DNA from: Lingula anatina
Taxonomy: Eukaryota; Animalia; Brachiopoda
Direction: 5' to 3'
DNA length: 64,000 nt
Assembly: GCA_051362555.1 (NCBI GenBank)
Contig: CM120642.1
Span: forward strand, 13,888,001 to 13,952,000
Of the stretch, positions 40,501 through 53,937 are shown piece after piece. Position 1 is the stretch's first letter. Each line of letters opens with the position of its first letter. The notes below the pieces were generated by a model that saw only the letters and a program-made list of their open reading frames with translations, had not been told where the DNA came from and ran no database searches. A program made the translations under genes and the position numbers.

Positions 40501-42831
40501 CATATGTTTGCATACCTATAAAGCCATATATTAATTGGGATATAAAAAGATTCTATTTAACAAACAACTGAAAGAAAGCCCAAGTTACCATGAGCTAAAC
40601 TCCTGTCTTGTCCACTCAAACTTGTGATCCCAGTGCCTCATACCAGAGAAGTCTGGGAACAGTACGTTGAACTCAGCATTTGGGGTTGTCATGACAACAA
40701 GCGCTGGCTTAACCTGGTTAAATATTACCTCTGTTGATCTTTCCAAAGTGTCTGACTCAAGATGTTCTATGCTAAAATGTAAATATTTTAAAAATCAGAT
40801 GGTTATTTAACATTTGCAAAATTTAGTGTCACTGCTGGCTCCAAACTAGAAGTTAAAAGTGAGGAGGGAAACCACCCCTATTTTCAGATGCGTACAGGGG
40901 GCAGCAGTGCAGAAGTCCAAGAAGCACAGTCATACAGAGAGTACAACTGTTACAGTAAGTAATGTCATCCCAACCAGGCTGTAAATTATGTAGCCTAAGT
41001 TAACAGATTTCTTGTTGTAGGATTTGTTTATTTTCTTTGCTTAAAGGGATAATAACTCTTCATATGAGATCTATATTTCACAATAAAAACATTGTAAGCA
41101 ACTCATAGAAATATAATATATTCTGTTTTACCACAAAAACGGCAGTTATAGCTATTATTCTGATATCTGAGCTTGTTATCAGACCACGTGACTTCCATAG
41201 ATGGCTATACTCTGTAATAGTCTCTTAAGAGATTATAACATAAAACTAAACTTTTTAGAAAAAAAAACAGGGACTAACTTTGAATGTAGAAATGGATTCG
41301 TTAACCATTGGTAAGTATGGGAAAATTGTTGTTTAATTCATTTTTTGGCCAAAACGAACAGTTAATTTCCCCGTTAACTTACACCTCAATTAATATCATT
41401 GCTTCAAACTCCAGTAATCTACTGTCATATGCTCCAATACTGCCACAGAACAGGCTTGTCTTGAGTGGTGTTGGCCTCTTGTGAACATAATCTCTCAAAC
41501 ATGGCTTTATTATGTATCTGTTTTGTTCCAGTAATGCTGCAAAATCATAAATAATAACAATTATTGTCAAAGATTCAGAAAAGTTCCTACTAATTTGGCA
41601 TTCTAACTCTAAAACATTTTTGCAATATATCTTAAGTATTTGAATTTTAAAGATGGTGTCCTTTAAAAGGCTGAGCTATCTGTTCCATACATTCTTTCTA
41701 ACAAAAATTGTTTTGCTCAAAATCAAAAGAACAGCTATTAACTGTTTATTACACGTCGTACTTACGTACAATAGTCAGAAATGTTACATATCCCTAGTCC
41801 TCTCCCCCCCCCCCCCCACCAAAAAAAAACAAAAACATTTTAATAGTTATTTTGTCTGAGATAAAAATACCTCGGTCTATATCAAGACCAGCTATGGACT
41901 CCAGCGATGGCACAGTGTTCTTCAAATGTCTCAGAAATTTACATTCGGCACACCCAATGTCAAGAACCTGAAAATATTTAAGACTCTGTGGTTCCTTACA
42001 ACTTAACAGCAAAAACATGTGTGGACCTTTCTTAGACCCCATTCCCAGAGATAAGATCGATCCAACTAGATCGACCTAACTCCCTGGGGTTCACGCTAAA
42101 TAGCTGTCAGCCAAGCGGGCACAAAAGTTAATTACCCCCTTAAAGCTAGTAGTAGGCGGGACGGACATTTCAGCCAGATTATCTGACAGTAATCTAGTGA
42201 GACTCCCCACGGGGATAGATCTATCTAAAATCTATGGGAATGCACCCTTAGACCCCATTCCCACATATTTTAGATCGATCTATCCCTGTGGGGAGTCTCA
42301 CTAGATTACTGTCAGATTAGCCGGATTAAGCTGACTGCAATTTAGCATGAATGGATGGATCGAACTAAATCTCTGGGAATGCACTCTTTAAGTACATATC
42401 TGAAAACATTTACAGGAGTGCTGGCACTATTTTCCGGTGCTTTTACAAAAACCCCACCTCACACCCAACCTTTGGCTTTCAATGTATTTGAATAGCATAG
42501 ACATTGATCATAGTCACCACATAAGTGAGTTTTGTAAAAAAATATCCAAGACTAATATTAAGTGAGGGTATAATGCAGAAGTATCGAATTTTCTTGTTAT
42601 CGTTACTTTTTTGTGTACATGTACTAGTACCTTTTTTATGTCCCTGTCTCTAAGAATTTCGGCGACGGCAAGATATCTTTGCCTGTATAAAGGAGGATCG
42701 AAAAGAGATCCTTCAGCCCTTTTCTCTCCATCTCCTGCTTCACTCGGGTTTGCACTCGGGTTTTCATTTTTAATATCATCTCCTACAAGGACCCCAGTCT
42801 CTTCTGAAATCAAAATCTCGAACTTACTCAT
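37586..42831 (-). CDS. HENMT1: Small RNA 2'-O-methyltransferase Hen1, 8 exons, about 628 aa
   Basis: Exons (minus strand): 42831-42631 (FDPPLYRQRY), 41967-41871 (VLDIGCAECKF, SAM motif), 41536-41383 (..ILIEV), 40771-40589 (IEHL..TTPNAEFN..RHWDHKFEWTRQEF), 40088-39920 (GYTVEFGGVG..GFCSQLAIF), 39623-39463, 38880-38794, 38420-37586. All junctions are GT-AG and phase-consistent. Confidence 0.95.
42032..42390. mobile_element. Two adjacent MITE family A copies in HENMT1 intron 1
   Basis: TTAGACCCCATTCCCA starts at 42032 and 42248; TGGGAATGCAC ends at about 42245 and 42385. Confidence 0.8.
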
Positions 42832-43290
42832 CTGGTACCCAGTGTTATTTTCGAAGTTTGCTCAGTGTAGATGGTTGGTAGGTCCTGAGGTTCGGGTATT
42901 CAACTTTTTTGAGAGATGGGGTTTGGTCTTATTATAATTCCGTGGTACGATATAATGTAATCGTAAAAAAAAACTTCACTTGACAGCGGACGCATGCTTC
43001 CCCTCCCCTGAGACGCCCAGACTCTTTGGTTGCTGAAGAGTGGAATGGAATATTTCATACAGATGTCAGAGTAAAAAAAAACTATCTAAATGTATTCGTA
43101 GTCTCAAAAGTGTAGAATATGGGAAACAAAATAAAAAATCTTGGCAATAAGAACGCTTGATAGTGTTTAATAACGTTTGCTCGTTCGCTCGTGCCTTTTA
43201 TGTATTCTCTCTTTTTGCTATAAACATATTTCCGGTGTAAACATCCGACTGTACATGCGCAATGATCTTGCCGGGAGAAAGTTCCTACAG
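42832..43290. promoter_or_regulatory. Putative bidirectional promoter HENMT1/ABHD14 plus non-coding first exon of ABHD14
   Basis: Divergent genes. CpG-richer segment with an ETS-like TTCCGG (about 43230) and NRF1-like CATGCGCA (about 43255). Strong donor CAG|gtgagt at 43290. Confidence 0.6.
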
Positions 43291-43708
43291 GTGAGTTAAC
43301 GTGTTACCTGTTCAGTCGATTGATTCGTTTAATGTGATCAACCCTCTTAGAAACACTACTTTTAAATAAAAATACCCTTAATTGGCGATGGCTGGTATCT
43401 AACTGACCAAAATCACAATTTATTTTGAACTGTCTTAATTCCTAATTTCTAAGTTCACCTGTATCATGAGTTGTTGTTGTTAAAACTGGATGGCACAACT
43501 TAATGATTTGCATTTATAACAATGCTCATTTAACTCTCCCCCCCCAAAAAAAAAAATAAATAAAAATTACGCAAATCAATCTTATATAATAAAGAAGAGT
43601 GTAACGACAGTGATCTTAGAACTCCCTCTTATATCAATTTTTTATGGATGCTTAATATATTGCTATTAATATACTTTATAGTGGAAAATAAAGTAGCTGA
43701 ATTATACT

Positions 43709-43709
43709 A

Positions 43710-43740
<31 letters not shown>
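43709..43740. repeat. (ATT)n microsatellite
   Basis: Read directly from sequence. Confidence 0.9.
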
Positions 43741-43742
<2 letters not shown>

Positions 43743-45073
43743 AAGCTTAATTTAAAGAGCGTAAAAGTTATCTTACACATGACCCTGTGGACTGAATTTT
43801 GAACCTGATGCTGCATATATATACAGTATACTATATAGTGCCAGGCAATGTGAATGTGTGAACATATTTATATACATATTTTATTAACTTCAAACTAAAT
43901 ATGTGGGCATATTGCTCAGGAAAGGCATGGCATATATTGTGACTAATTCTGTAAAACTGTTAAGTGTATGCAGAAGTCAGTACTAGAATACTGTAAGTCT
44001 AAGTAAATTGGATCAGCATATAGGTGTGAGAATCTTCAATATCAAATTGGCCAGGGTCTCACTGCATGTGACTAGTAAGTTGAATGGTACCGGTACATTT
44101 TTCAGCATTTTATATATGATAGTGCTTGGTTACTGATTGTCTTATACTTGCATAGGGAAATGGCATTTATAGCCAGAAAACACATTATTTTAGGGGTATT
44201 TAAATATACAAAAAGGTTGGTTTCTTAGTTTTAACTAAAAATTAAAATTAAAATTTGAATTGATAATAAAAGACCTGAAAGCTCGTTTTCCAGTTTACTA
44301 TTTATTGCTTTGATTAATCTGTGAATCAACAATTCAACAATATCATATGCCGTTGTGGTAATACATTTGATTACCATAAACCATAAAGATACCAGTCAGT
44401 GTGGCTTTGTGTATTGAAACTTGAATTATACTTCTTTTATCTATAGGATGTCACACTGTTGTTTGTCAATACATACATACCTGTAGAATAGAACTGAGTA
44501 CTAGTGCATCTGGTGTTTCATCCTGGAGGCTGTCACAGTAGAAAAGGTGTGTGGTGCAAGCAAAGTTTTGAAAGCTGATGTCTCTTTTTTTATCATCATT
44601 TAACTTTGGTAGCTGGGTTTTTTTTTTTTTTTTTTTGTAGTTAACTGTATGTTCCTGGCCAAGCTACAATTTAAATTTTCTCTGTCCTGAAAAATGATGA
44701 AAATAGATTTTTAAAAATACATGATTCAGCTGAAATGGACTTAAGTTAATATTATTATTGTTGTTGTTGTTCTATATAATTTCCACAAATGCCTTCCAAG
44801 TTACTGTACTACTGCTTTTTAAAGGCCCTTTCTTGTGTTTACTGGCCTGTCAATGTTTAGGAAGAAGGCTTGGTTAGAAATAGTTAGATGTGTGCTAATG
44901 TTATCTCTTTAATAGCAGTTGCATTTCACTCACTTTTTCTCAAGATACAGTCGACAGACACATTCACCGTGACATACTGACCTCATTTCACTTGATACAA
45001 GGTCACTAAGATTAGACTGGCATAATATCAGTATGCAAACACTGGAATATCTTACCTGTCCTTCTAGCTCCCC

Positions 45074-47621
45074 ATGTCTAGGCCAAAGAGTGGCTTGCTT
45101 GATATGAAATTCAACAGACTGGTGGCAATTTGTCTATTGCTGACCCTTGCGCTCATACTGTACCTGTATTTTGGGAGATCTAAGAAGATGGTGGATCCAC
45201 ATGCAACCTGGAAGACAGGGAGGGAATTTGAGAGTGTACCACAAGAGGCTTTGGACAAATCCAGAACTGTCACAGTTGACACCAGGACCATGACAGTCAG
45301 GGTTGGAGACAAGGTGAGAGTAGGATGGTGTCAAATTACATTTTATAACAATGGCATTCACAGCAGGTTTAACTGAGTGTCACGTACAAAGTAGATTTTC
45401 TTGGTATTAGTTTTCTAACTGTTATTCTAGCTAGCATAAGTGTGAATTTTGACTCAATATATGCGTAGATAAATTTTACTCTGTTTAATATATCAAGCAT
45501 ACAATTTACAATACTTGCATGTATGATGTAAACATTGTATAACATTGAATTTATTTTAGTCAAGCAGAGGAAAAATCCATTAAATACAAGATTTTGTTTT
45601 CTTTTGATCATCCTTATTGGTTTTTTACCTTTCATAAAGAAAATGTTTTATAAAGTAAAGATCAATATATGTTCTGTTGTGTCGTAGGAAGCCAAGGTGT
45701 TTTATCGTGAGGCTATCCCAGAAGGCACTGCCAAGCTGTCAGTCCTTTTCCTCCATGGCATGAGGTTCAGTTCCAAGGACTGGAATGACATTGGGACACT
45801 GCAGATAACTGCTGCCTTAGGCTATAGAGCTGTGGCCGTTGATCTCCCAGGTGATAATTGGTACTCATACTGGTTTTAAGGTGGATTTACAGTCAGGTTA
45901 GGTTGACCTTCCTTTGGCCCCATTCCCATAGATACCATCATTCTATGTGGATCGACCCAACTCTGTGGGGACTCTTGCTGACTGTCATTCAGTAAAACTG
46001 ATTCCACTCAGCCAGAGTCCCCACGGTGTTGAGTTGATCCAAGTAGACCACTGGTGTCCATTGGAATGGAGTCTTAGAAGTAATTTATTCGAAGATCATG
46101 TCCTTATGGGTTTGAAAAAGTTATTCTATTTCGTGAACATATGAAGCCAATCTAATGGCAGTATACTAATATAAGTGTTATAATTGCAGTGGGCAAAGGG
46201 ACCTGATTCTGGTGGTCTGATTATAGAGCTCATGGTCAAAGTTGCGTTGACCCATGTTGATTGGCATTCACCTTGAAACAGTTTCCAAGCCTTTGATGCT
46301 ATATGCTGAATCTAACCAATATTTCAGGGATGTAAAAGCCTGAAGTGCAGAGAATAGGAGGGCAGAAGTACCTTTCAGTACCCCAGAGATGAAAGGGGCA
46401 AAATATCCCTTTAATATAATCAAATAAGACCAGCTGTCAATATTTGGGTGCTATAAAAATACTAATCATCAGTGATATGACAGTATCACTGATTGATCCA
46501 AGGTTTGGCTGGGCAATGGAAGGGGGGGTGGCAAGCTTAAGATATTTCAGGTTCATTCACTGTCATCTGCCCCTCCCCCTCCTTCCCCTCCACCAGGCAC
46601 CACTGTTGTAAATTATCTACTAGAATGTTTCTTTACCCTATCTGTAGTCCTTTAAATTTTCTGATTAGTTTATTTACTTTCCAGGATTTGGACAGAGCCA
46701 CAAATCCGAGGCTTCCTCTCAAGCAGTCCCCTTTATGAAAGCGCTGATTACTGAGTTAGATTTGCAGCGTCCAGTGCTGGTCAGCCCATCCATGAGTGGA
46801 CAGTTTGCCATTCCATATCTAATGGAGAATCCCGTCAAAGCACAGGAACGTCTCCGTGGTTACATCCCTGTGGCTCCAGTAAATACTGGGGCTTTTACAC
46901 ATTCAGAGTACCACAGAGTAGAGGTAAGACTGGGCAAGGAGGTTGATGAGGTTCATTCACCTCCTTGAGCTGGGTGAGATTATTTCAAGGAGGGGGGGCA
47001 TTGCTGTTGATTATGGAAAACAAATGGTGCCACACAGATGTACTTGTACTAGAATGCTCGGAATTTGGGAGGAAAAACTACCTTACACTCATCAAAGTTT
47101 ATGTGATATTTTTCAAATCATCCAAATCCATAACAATTTCTCTGCTTCTCAAAATAAAAAAAAAGTCATGTTTATACTTAAAAGGAAGTTTGTAAATTTA
47201 TTTTAACATTGAAATTGGTCTTCTTGCAAAATCTTATATTCTGGAATAAACCCAAATTTACTAAAATATATATATATTTTAACATCCCTTTCAGATTTTA
47301 TAAACAAAACCATTTGGGAGAAATGGCAAAACCATTTAATTCAAATTTGTTGAGCAATCACTGTAATTATTTATGTAATATATTAAATCTACAAAATAAA
47401 GTAGAAGTTTCATTTATCATGGTACCTCTTTCTTTCAGGTGCCCACCATGATAGTCTATGGGTCCAAGGACACCTCACTGGGCCTGACCTCACTGAATGA
47501 CCTGCGGAACATCAGAAATAGTGCTATATTCAAAATAGAGGATGCAGGGCACCCTTGTTATTTAGATAAACCAGAGAAATGGCATGAGCTGTTGTACAAC
47601 TTCCTAGCTGCCATTGAGTGA
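45074..47621 (+). CDS. ABHD14A: ABHD14A/B-like alpha/beta hydrolase with N-terminal membrane anchor, 4 coding exons, 274 aa
   Basis: Exons 45074-45313, 45688-45850 ([24 protein letters not shown]), 46685-46923 (VSPSMSG nucleophile motif, YIPVAPV), 47439-47621 ([17 protein letters not shown]). The hydrophobic [18 protein letters not shown] near the N-terminus favours the 14A type. Confidence 0.92.
45916..46076. mobile_element. MITE family A-related copy in ABHD14 intron
   Basis: CCCCATTCCCA...GGATCGACCCAAC-TCTGTGGGGACTC / GAGTCCCCACGG..GTTGATCC..TGGAATGGAGTC inverted arms. Confidence 0.65.
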
Positions 47622-48478
47622 TGTACCACAACTTGATTGTCTTTCTTTTTTTTAAATTATATTTTGTTACAAATGTTTTTTTAATCTTGCCTACTACCTG
47701 ATTTCATTGATTGCTAGAAATGAATTTGCACAGATCATACCAACATCAAGGAAAAGTATAGTTTTGACAGGGTATTAAAAAAGCATTAAAATTATGTAAT
47801 TGGAAGTGCTGAGAATTGAATTAATTATCTCATGAACACTGGGCAAATGTCATTTTCAATTAATCATGCATTTTTGCATGGTATTATGTCTTCCTGCAGA
47901 TTATAGGCTAATAAGGTCATATTGTGAGCTGGCATTTCTATAAAGGGAGAGTGCATTGGAAAATATAGCATCACATGAACAATTTTACCTGTAGAGGTAT
48001 CTTGCTGCTGTTAAACTCTTCACTGTATATTTCAAAATCCTTGGAGAATGAAAATGAAATCAAACATTTTTGTTTTTAACTTTGAATGGTCTATAAGACA
48101 TACTCTTTTGCTTATGGTTAACATTTTTCAGCAGTATGCAAACTGAGAAGCAGTCTATTATGGAAACATTCCAGGGCAGTTTATTGCTTTGTTTTCCTGG
48201 GCAGAGCAACAGCCATGAGATCTGTATGATCTGTACATTGCATTTTTATGTTAGGTGTAATATTTAGCATTACTTGAAAGGACAACACAGCTGCTTTATA
48301 CTGTACATTGTTGATCAAGGTTGCTGTTAGTAAGGCTATAAAGACTACAAGATACATATAATTTCTATATTGGTTTTCATTGATATGTAGCTGTGTTTTT
48401 TCAATTTTTAAGGAAGAAACCTTTTATGTTGGGATCTGTATTTGGATAAATGTGTTAAAGAAACGAATTTGTGGTGCC

Positions 48479-48516
<38 letters not shown>

Positions 48517-49983
48517 TCGGTAGTCAAGTTAAAGGTTGAGTATAGCATTTTTCAAATGTATCTATGGATACACCTTTGTATGTTGATGCTTTAGTAAATT
48601 TATTCTTTTGATACTTAGAAAATGTAGAAGCACTGGGCGATACGCGGTTTGTTGATATTCATATTCAGGGGCTGGGTCTAACGTTTTTTTCTTTGTCATA
48701 ATAAAATGTTTTTAAAAGGATTAAATGCATTATGTTGATAGTTTGAAAGTTGGTTTAACAGGGTTGGCAAATGTGCAATTTTGATCACGTTTTCGGGCAA
48801 TGTTTACAACATGACATACCGAACACCTGTGCCCAATGTCACCAATGCTGGATAGCGCTATCCCATTGGTTATCCCATGTTTCTCTCTCCTTTGCCCAAT
48901 TTTGTAACAGGTAGACGGGCCTCTGGAAGAGAAATGTAGGGTCGCCTCTGCAACTGGTTGCAAAACGCGGTCGGTTGCAAAATCCGGCGATATTTCCAAT
49001 CGCAACGCATTATGCAATTAGGTTTTATTTTTAAATCACTGAAACGGTTTCAAGTACCATAAATGCCATAGAGAATATCTATTGGGGAAGAGGGCACAGT
49101 GTACTGAATCCGATGGGACTGAGACAGGAACTAAAACTTTTTCTGTCATCAAGGATGTGCACGGACCCGCTTGAATTTCAGTGCGAATGAGGGAGGGGCC
49201 GTCTCCGGGATGAATTATTCCAATTTTTCTCTTGTAATTTCCGCTATCTCCTCCTAGACCATTAGTGTGACGAACTTGCCCTTGCACATCCCTGATTAAA
49301 GCTCTATCAATCCCAAAATTTTTAATTTACTGTAATGGTTTAGGAAGAGATTATCGGAAATTACAATATGTATTTAAAAAATCCTCTCCCCTCGGGGACG
49401 GATGGTGGCATGTTATTTTGGGAGGGCCCTTGCATTCCCTAATGACAGTTTTTTCAGGTTTCAGATCCCTTACCAGATTCGGCGTAAACTCATTCCTACC
49501 CCATCCCTATTTCTCTTTCTAAAATCCGCTTCAGCGACTTAGATATAATCTGGCAGCAAAGTGCGTTGCGGTTGCAAAATGCGGCTCCACAGAGTAAGGG
49601 TATCTTCTCCAGAGGAAATCGCTGTTTCATGGGCAGAGAATAGTGTCATAAAATATTAAGAATAACAATTTTATCCAGTGGCCAGTGTTAACCAAAACTT
49701 AGCGCTATCCACTCTGTCGAACGTACATGTGTATGGAAGTGCAACTTTATTGATGCGGGAAAATAATTACGTATGAAACAATATATTTGAATGTACTGTT
49801 ACAGTGCTATAGTTGCTTTATGAAAGTAAAACGCGTTCGACAGTCATACATGTCTTAAAAGACAAATGAGCAGCGGTATGCTATTCATTGCTATCACTGT
49901 GATGTGATGTGCTCCCGAATTGTGACAAATATGTGCAACTAAAACATTGGCGTCATCTCCTTTCCTTACTCTGTACTATAGGT

Positions 49984-50209
49984 CTCTCTAGCTGTAACAA
50001 TTGCTGTTATAAAACAATTATGAAACTATTATGAAACTGTTATAAAGCTATTATAAAACTGTTATAAAACTCTTATAAAACTCTTATAAAATTATTATAA
50101 AATTTTTATAAAACTATTACAGAACAGTTTAACTGTTGTAAAAAGTTATAAAACTGTTATAAAAGTGAGAAAAAGACGCCCTTAGTCCAATTTTTTAACG
50201 GCTAGAAAG
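49984..50209. repeat. 11-bp minisatellite (TTATAAAACTG-like), about 13 copies, inside a probable small TIR element
   Basis: Repeated ttataaaact units at 50006-50164, bounded by the inverted motifs CTCTCTAGCTGTAA and TTAACGGCTAGAAAG. Confidence 0.7.
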
Positions 50210-53200
50210 GCCTCTGGTAGAGTTTCACGTCCCCGTGGCATGCCCAGGTGGAAGATTTTTGTGCACCCCCCCCCCCCCCCACACACACACACACACACCA
50301 CCACCACCACCACCATCACCACCACCACCACACCAAAGGCACGAACGTGTATGTGTGGATAAATAGACACGGAGGTATTCTTAACAAAAGTTAAGGTATT
50401 GTTGATGAAAAGGATTTAATCCAGGATTTCGAATAGGGTTGCGATTAAGATTCTGTCCTTCAGAGTTTCAAATACCCACCAGATGGTTTACAGTTTATCA
50501 GTATCACAGTTGTCAGTCATGTCTTCTCTATCTGGTCTTCTCTGTAAGAATCAAATATGATAACGCAACCAACCGGGCTCGTAGTAGCTAGTGCTAGTAC
50601 AAAGCACACGCTATTATTTATTTATTTATTTATTTCAAAAAAAGCATCAACCACTTCATTTTGAACTCAATGGTGATATAAGGCTTAAAAAGGTTTTCTC
50701 AGTTAAAGATTTAGGCCATTGTCAAAACTTATTAGAACCTCCAACCCATGAAAGATTGCATTTATTCGGTACATCTAAACTTTGTCCAAGGAATGTGCCT
50801 GGGATTTCATAACAAAAGCTTCGTTTTTTAGTCATGGTAGGGGGTATCGTTTAAGTGATAATTATGTAAATTGTGATATAATTGCTAATTAGCATACATG
50901 TCAACTATCCCGGATAAAAAAACGAATCTCCAGGTCTCCTGTACGGGTAATCAAATCTGGATAAAAGTGACTTTGAAACGTCCGCTAACGTCCTGTCTAA
51001 AATTCCTAAATCAAAACAATTTTAGTTGTGTTTATATTTTTAGGCAAACTATTGAAAATCGATTTGTCTTCACAGTAATCGGGTAATCTTTTGACTCCCC
51101 CCCCCCCCCCCCCCCCCCCCCGCCCCTCCCACTGTGCAAAATTATAGAATCTTCAAATTTTAGATTTCCAGAGGTTGGCATCTCTGAATCAGACACACAT
51201 CAAGAATTTAAGACACATTTCGGTTTATGCTCAAGGGGGCTATCAGACCATGTTGTCTGCACATGTGCATTTGTAACTGAGTATCAGTTTTTAGGGTATA
51301 AATATCAGGCTAAGAAAACCTATGAAGCGTTTTATCTCATAACTATTGGGTAATAATGTAAGGATATGAAAATCTGTTGAAATAAGCCTTTTATTGATAT
51401 GCAACATGTCGTTCGGTTAAGAAGATAGCCCCGTTCCTGCCAATCCCCCTCTCCGCATCTTAAAGTGTGGGTTAAGGGTTTTTTAATTTTTCCAAATTGT
51501 TGCAGTGTTATAGCGATAAATTGCCAGGAGAGAAAGACCAAAGGTTGGTTAGTCGGTGAAAAAATGGATTTTTTGTGTTGGTAACCACTTGAAAAGTAAA
51601 ACCAATTAAATTAAGCATCTTTGGCTTTCTGTAGATTCACTTGCTGATCCGACATTATAATAGTCTGCTTGTGGATTTGGTTTCACAAACACTGGAAAAT
51701 ACACTGTTGTCCGTTCCATATATTTGTGAATATCATGTAACTCACGACTTTTGTTTGTCTTAAGATATTGCAAACATAACATGGATATAACCACATGAAC
51801 ATGACTAGAACGAGGAATTATAGTATATAGTACTATACTTCCTTGACCAGAACGACATTAAGATGCAAGTGAAACACGCACTACGCTGGCAAATTCAAAA
51901 AAATATTTATCGTTATAACGTACTTTCCTGAAATGAATTATGGTAATATATAAGACTTTTAGGAAGTTAATTTTTTACTGAGTACTGTATGCCCTTATTT
52001 TGTTTAAACATGCTCTACTGGGTTCTTTTCTTGGTTTCAGGAACGTTGTTTCATGTCCAAAAGAAATTGATGGAAGATATTTTTGAATATGTAGGCTGGG
52101 TGCTCTAACCAGCCGTGGACTGATAGTAAAAAATCCCCAGTTCAATGTCAAACAAAAAAGAAATGAAGGACGGGTCCAATGGATCAAAATAAGTACACCG
52201 CGACCCAAGCACATGTAGAGTGAAGGAAAGAAGACCATTTGCCAAATACTAACGCGCAACCAAACTCTGTCATGCCGTTCTTGCTTGTGTTCTGACCGAC
52301 AAGGTTCCAGGCCTTTGAAACGATAATTGCCGTTGTCTAACGCGTGCCTTGAGTTTGGTAGCATAAATGCACAAATTAACGCGTCTAGCCACTTGCTAAC
52401 GACCCCAACGTAAAATTGCTTGCCACAAGCTTAGCGTTTCGTTACACAAACAAATTGGCCAGCTTCCGTCCTGGTCTCTGCATAGGCCCCCTACGGCTTC
52501 TTTTCATACGGCAGCAATGCGTTCTCAACGATGTCCGGTGTGGCATGATAGACCCGTTCCGTGACAAAATCGTTCTGCACATGCGCATTAAGGGTAGATT
52601 GCAAGAAGGAACTGCCGGTATGACGATGTCGTCCTAAGTAGGCGCTATGTTTGCACTGAACTATGCTCTTTCAATTCATAATTCAGTGGTTTATGTCATG
52701 AGAGAGTATGTATTTGATAATCTTATAACTATACGGGGGAATGCTGGAAATGAGCTTTTGATCGTGACTGAACTGTTTTGCTCTGTGAGAAAAACGTGCT
52801 AGATCTACATATGTAAGACTCGTAGTATAAATTTTTTCACGCTACAATGTTCTTTCAATTCAGAGTTAAGTAATTTTCGTTAAAATTAAATTGTGTGTTT
52901 GATAAAACTATAAATTTCTCTGCGGGAAAATGTTGGAAATGCATGTGCAGCTACGTACTGTAAGTCAACGGACTGCTACCCCCGCGTGAATAATCCGTCA
53001 GGACGGTTTATTCACGACGACGGTTTCTTCACGTGACACCTGCTCACACGTTATCACTGTTTTAAAAAGCATTAAAAAACCTTTTTAATTAAAGAACATT
53101 TTGGTTAACTTTTATCTTTTAATCTTAAATACTTTAATGTTAGTTTTTAATTTATATTTGTAGTTTAAGTTTTTAATGACTGGAGTTTTTAATTTGGGCA

Positions 53201-53306
53201 TTTGTGCTTATTAATCTGAGGCTCGAGTAAGAAAACGCCTGATCCGTTTTTTGAGGCCTTGGTCCGGAGATCATGATATGAGGACCCTCAGGAATGTCGT
53301 TGATGG

Positions 53307-53462
53307 CCGGTGTGACAGGGATGGAAGTCCTAGGAGTGGTAGTCTGGGGTCTCATATGATTTGTACAGGTTAGGGTTAGTTGGAGTATTGGGGTTAGAAT
53401 ATGCACAAGGCAGTGGGAAGCGGAATGCGGTTCCTAGCGGACTTCCATTCCTGTTACACCGG
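53307..53462. mobile_element. MITE family B with internal GGTTAGGGTTAG
   Basis: TIRs CCGGTGTGACAGGGATGGAAGTCC / GGACTTCCATTCCTGTTACACCGG; a related copy lies at 61195-61354. Confidence 0.75.
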
Positions 53463-53482
53463 TTCCCACTACCTCATGCATA

Positions 53483-53937
53483 CCCTCTACCAGGGCGACT
53501 GATAGATTTTTACAGATATTCACAGATATGTCTCTAGCTAGATAGATGGTCATTTTGGGCTGAAGTCACCCTGTTGAGAAATCTCAAGGCTGATTACATG
53601 CCTGGTAATTGTTTGCGTAACTGCTCAGGCACTGCCACTTAGCAGGTCCAGTCTAAGTCAGACAGCAATCAAGGCAGTTAATTGCTCTGACTTTAATCAC
53701 TTGCTCTTCTGTGACAGATAAAAAAGCCTTAGTCTGGTTGTGTAACGAGCAGTTATCACATCGTTGTGAAGCCCAGCTCATCCAGAGCGAATACAAACCC
53801 TTTGGCGCGCGCGCAGAGATAATTGTTTCCACATGGGATTTTTCAACAGGGTGACTTCAGCCCAAAATGACCATCTATCTAGCTAGAGACATATCTGTGA
53901 ATATCTGTAAAAATCTATCAGTCGCCCTGGTAGAGGG
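53483..53937. mobile_element. Young MITE with near-perfect TIRs of about 100 bp
   Basis: CCCTCTACCAGGGCGACTGATAGATTTTTACAGATATTCACAGATATG... is mirrored exactly at 53840-53937. Confidence 0.88.

Noticed and set aside
48770-49950. Possible degenerate TIR element (GGATAGCGCTA and CCTCTGGA inverted motifs, repeated GGTTGCAAAA)
   Set aside because: Termini and TSD could not be defined.
51606-52637. ORFs 51975-52364, 51606-51794 and 52416-52637 in a GC-richer patch
   Set aside because: No recognisable domain or consistent exon chain; possibly a TE remnant.
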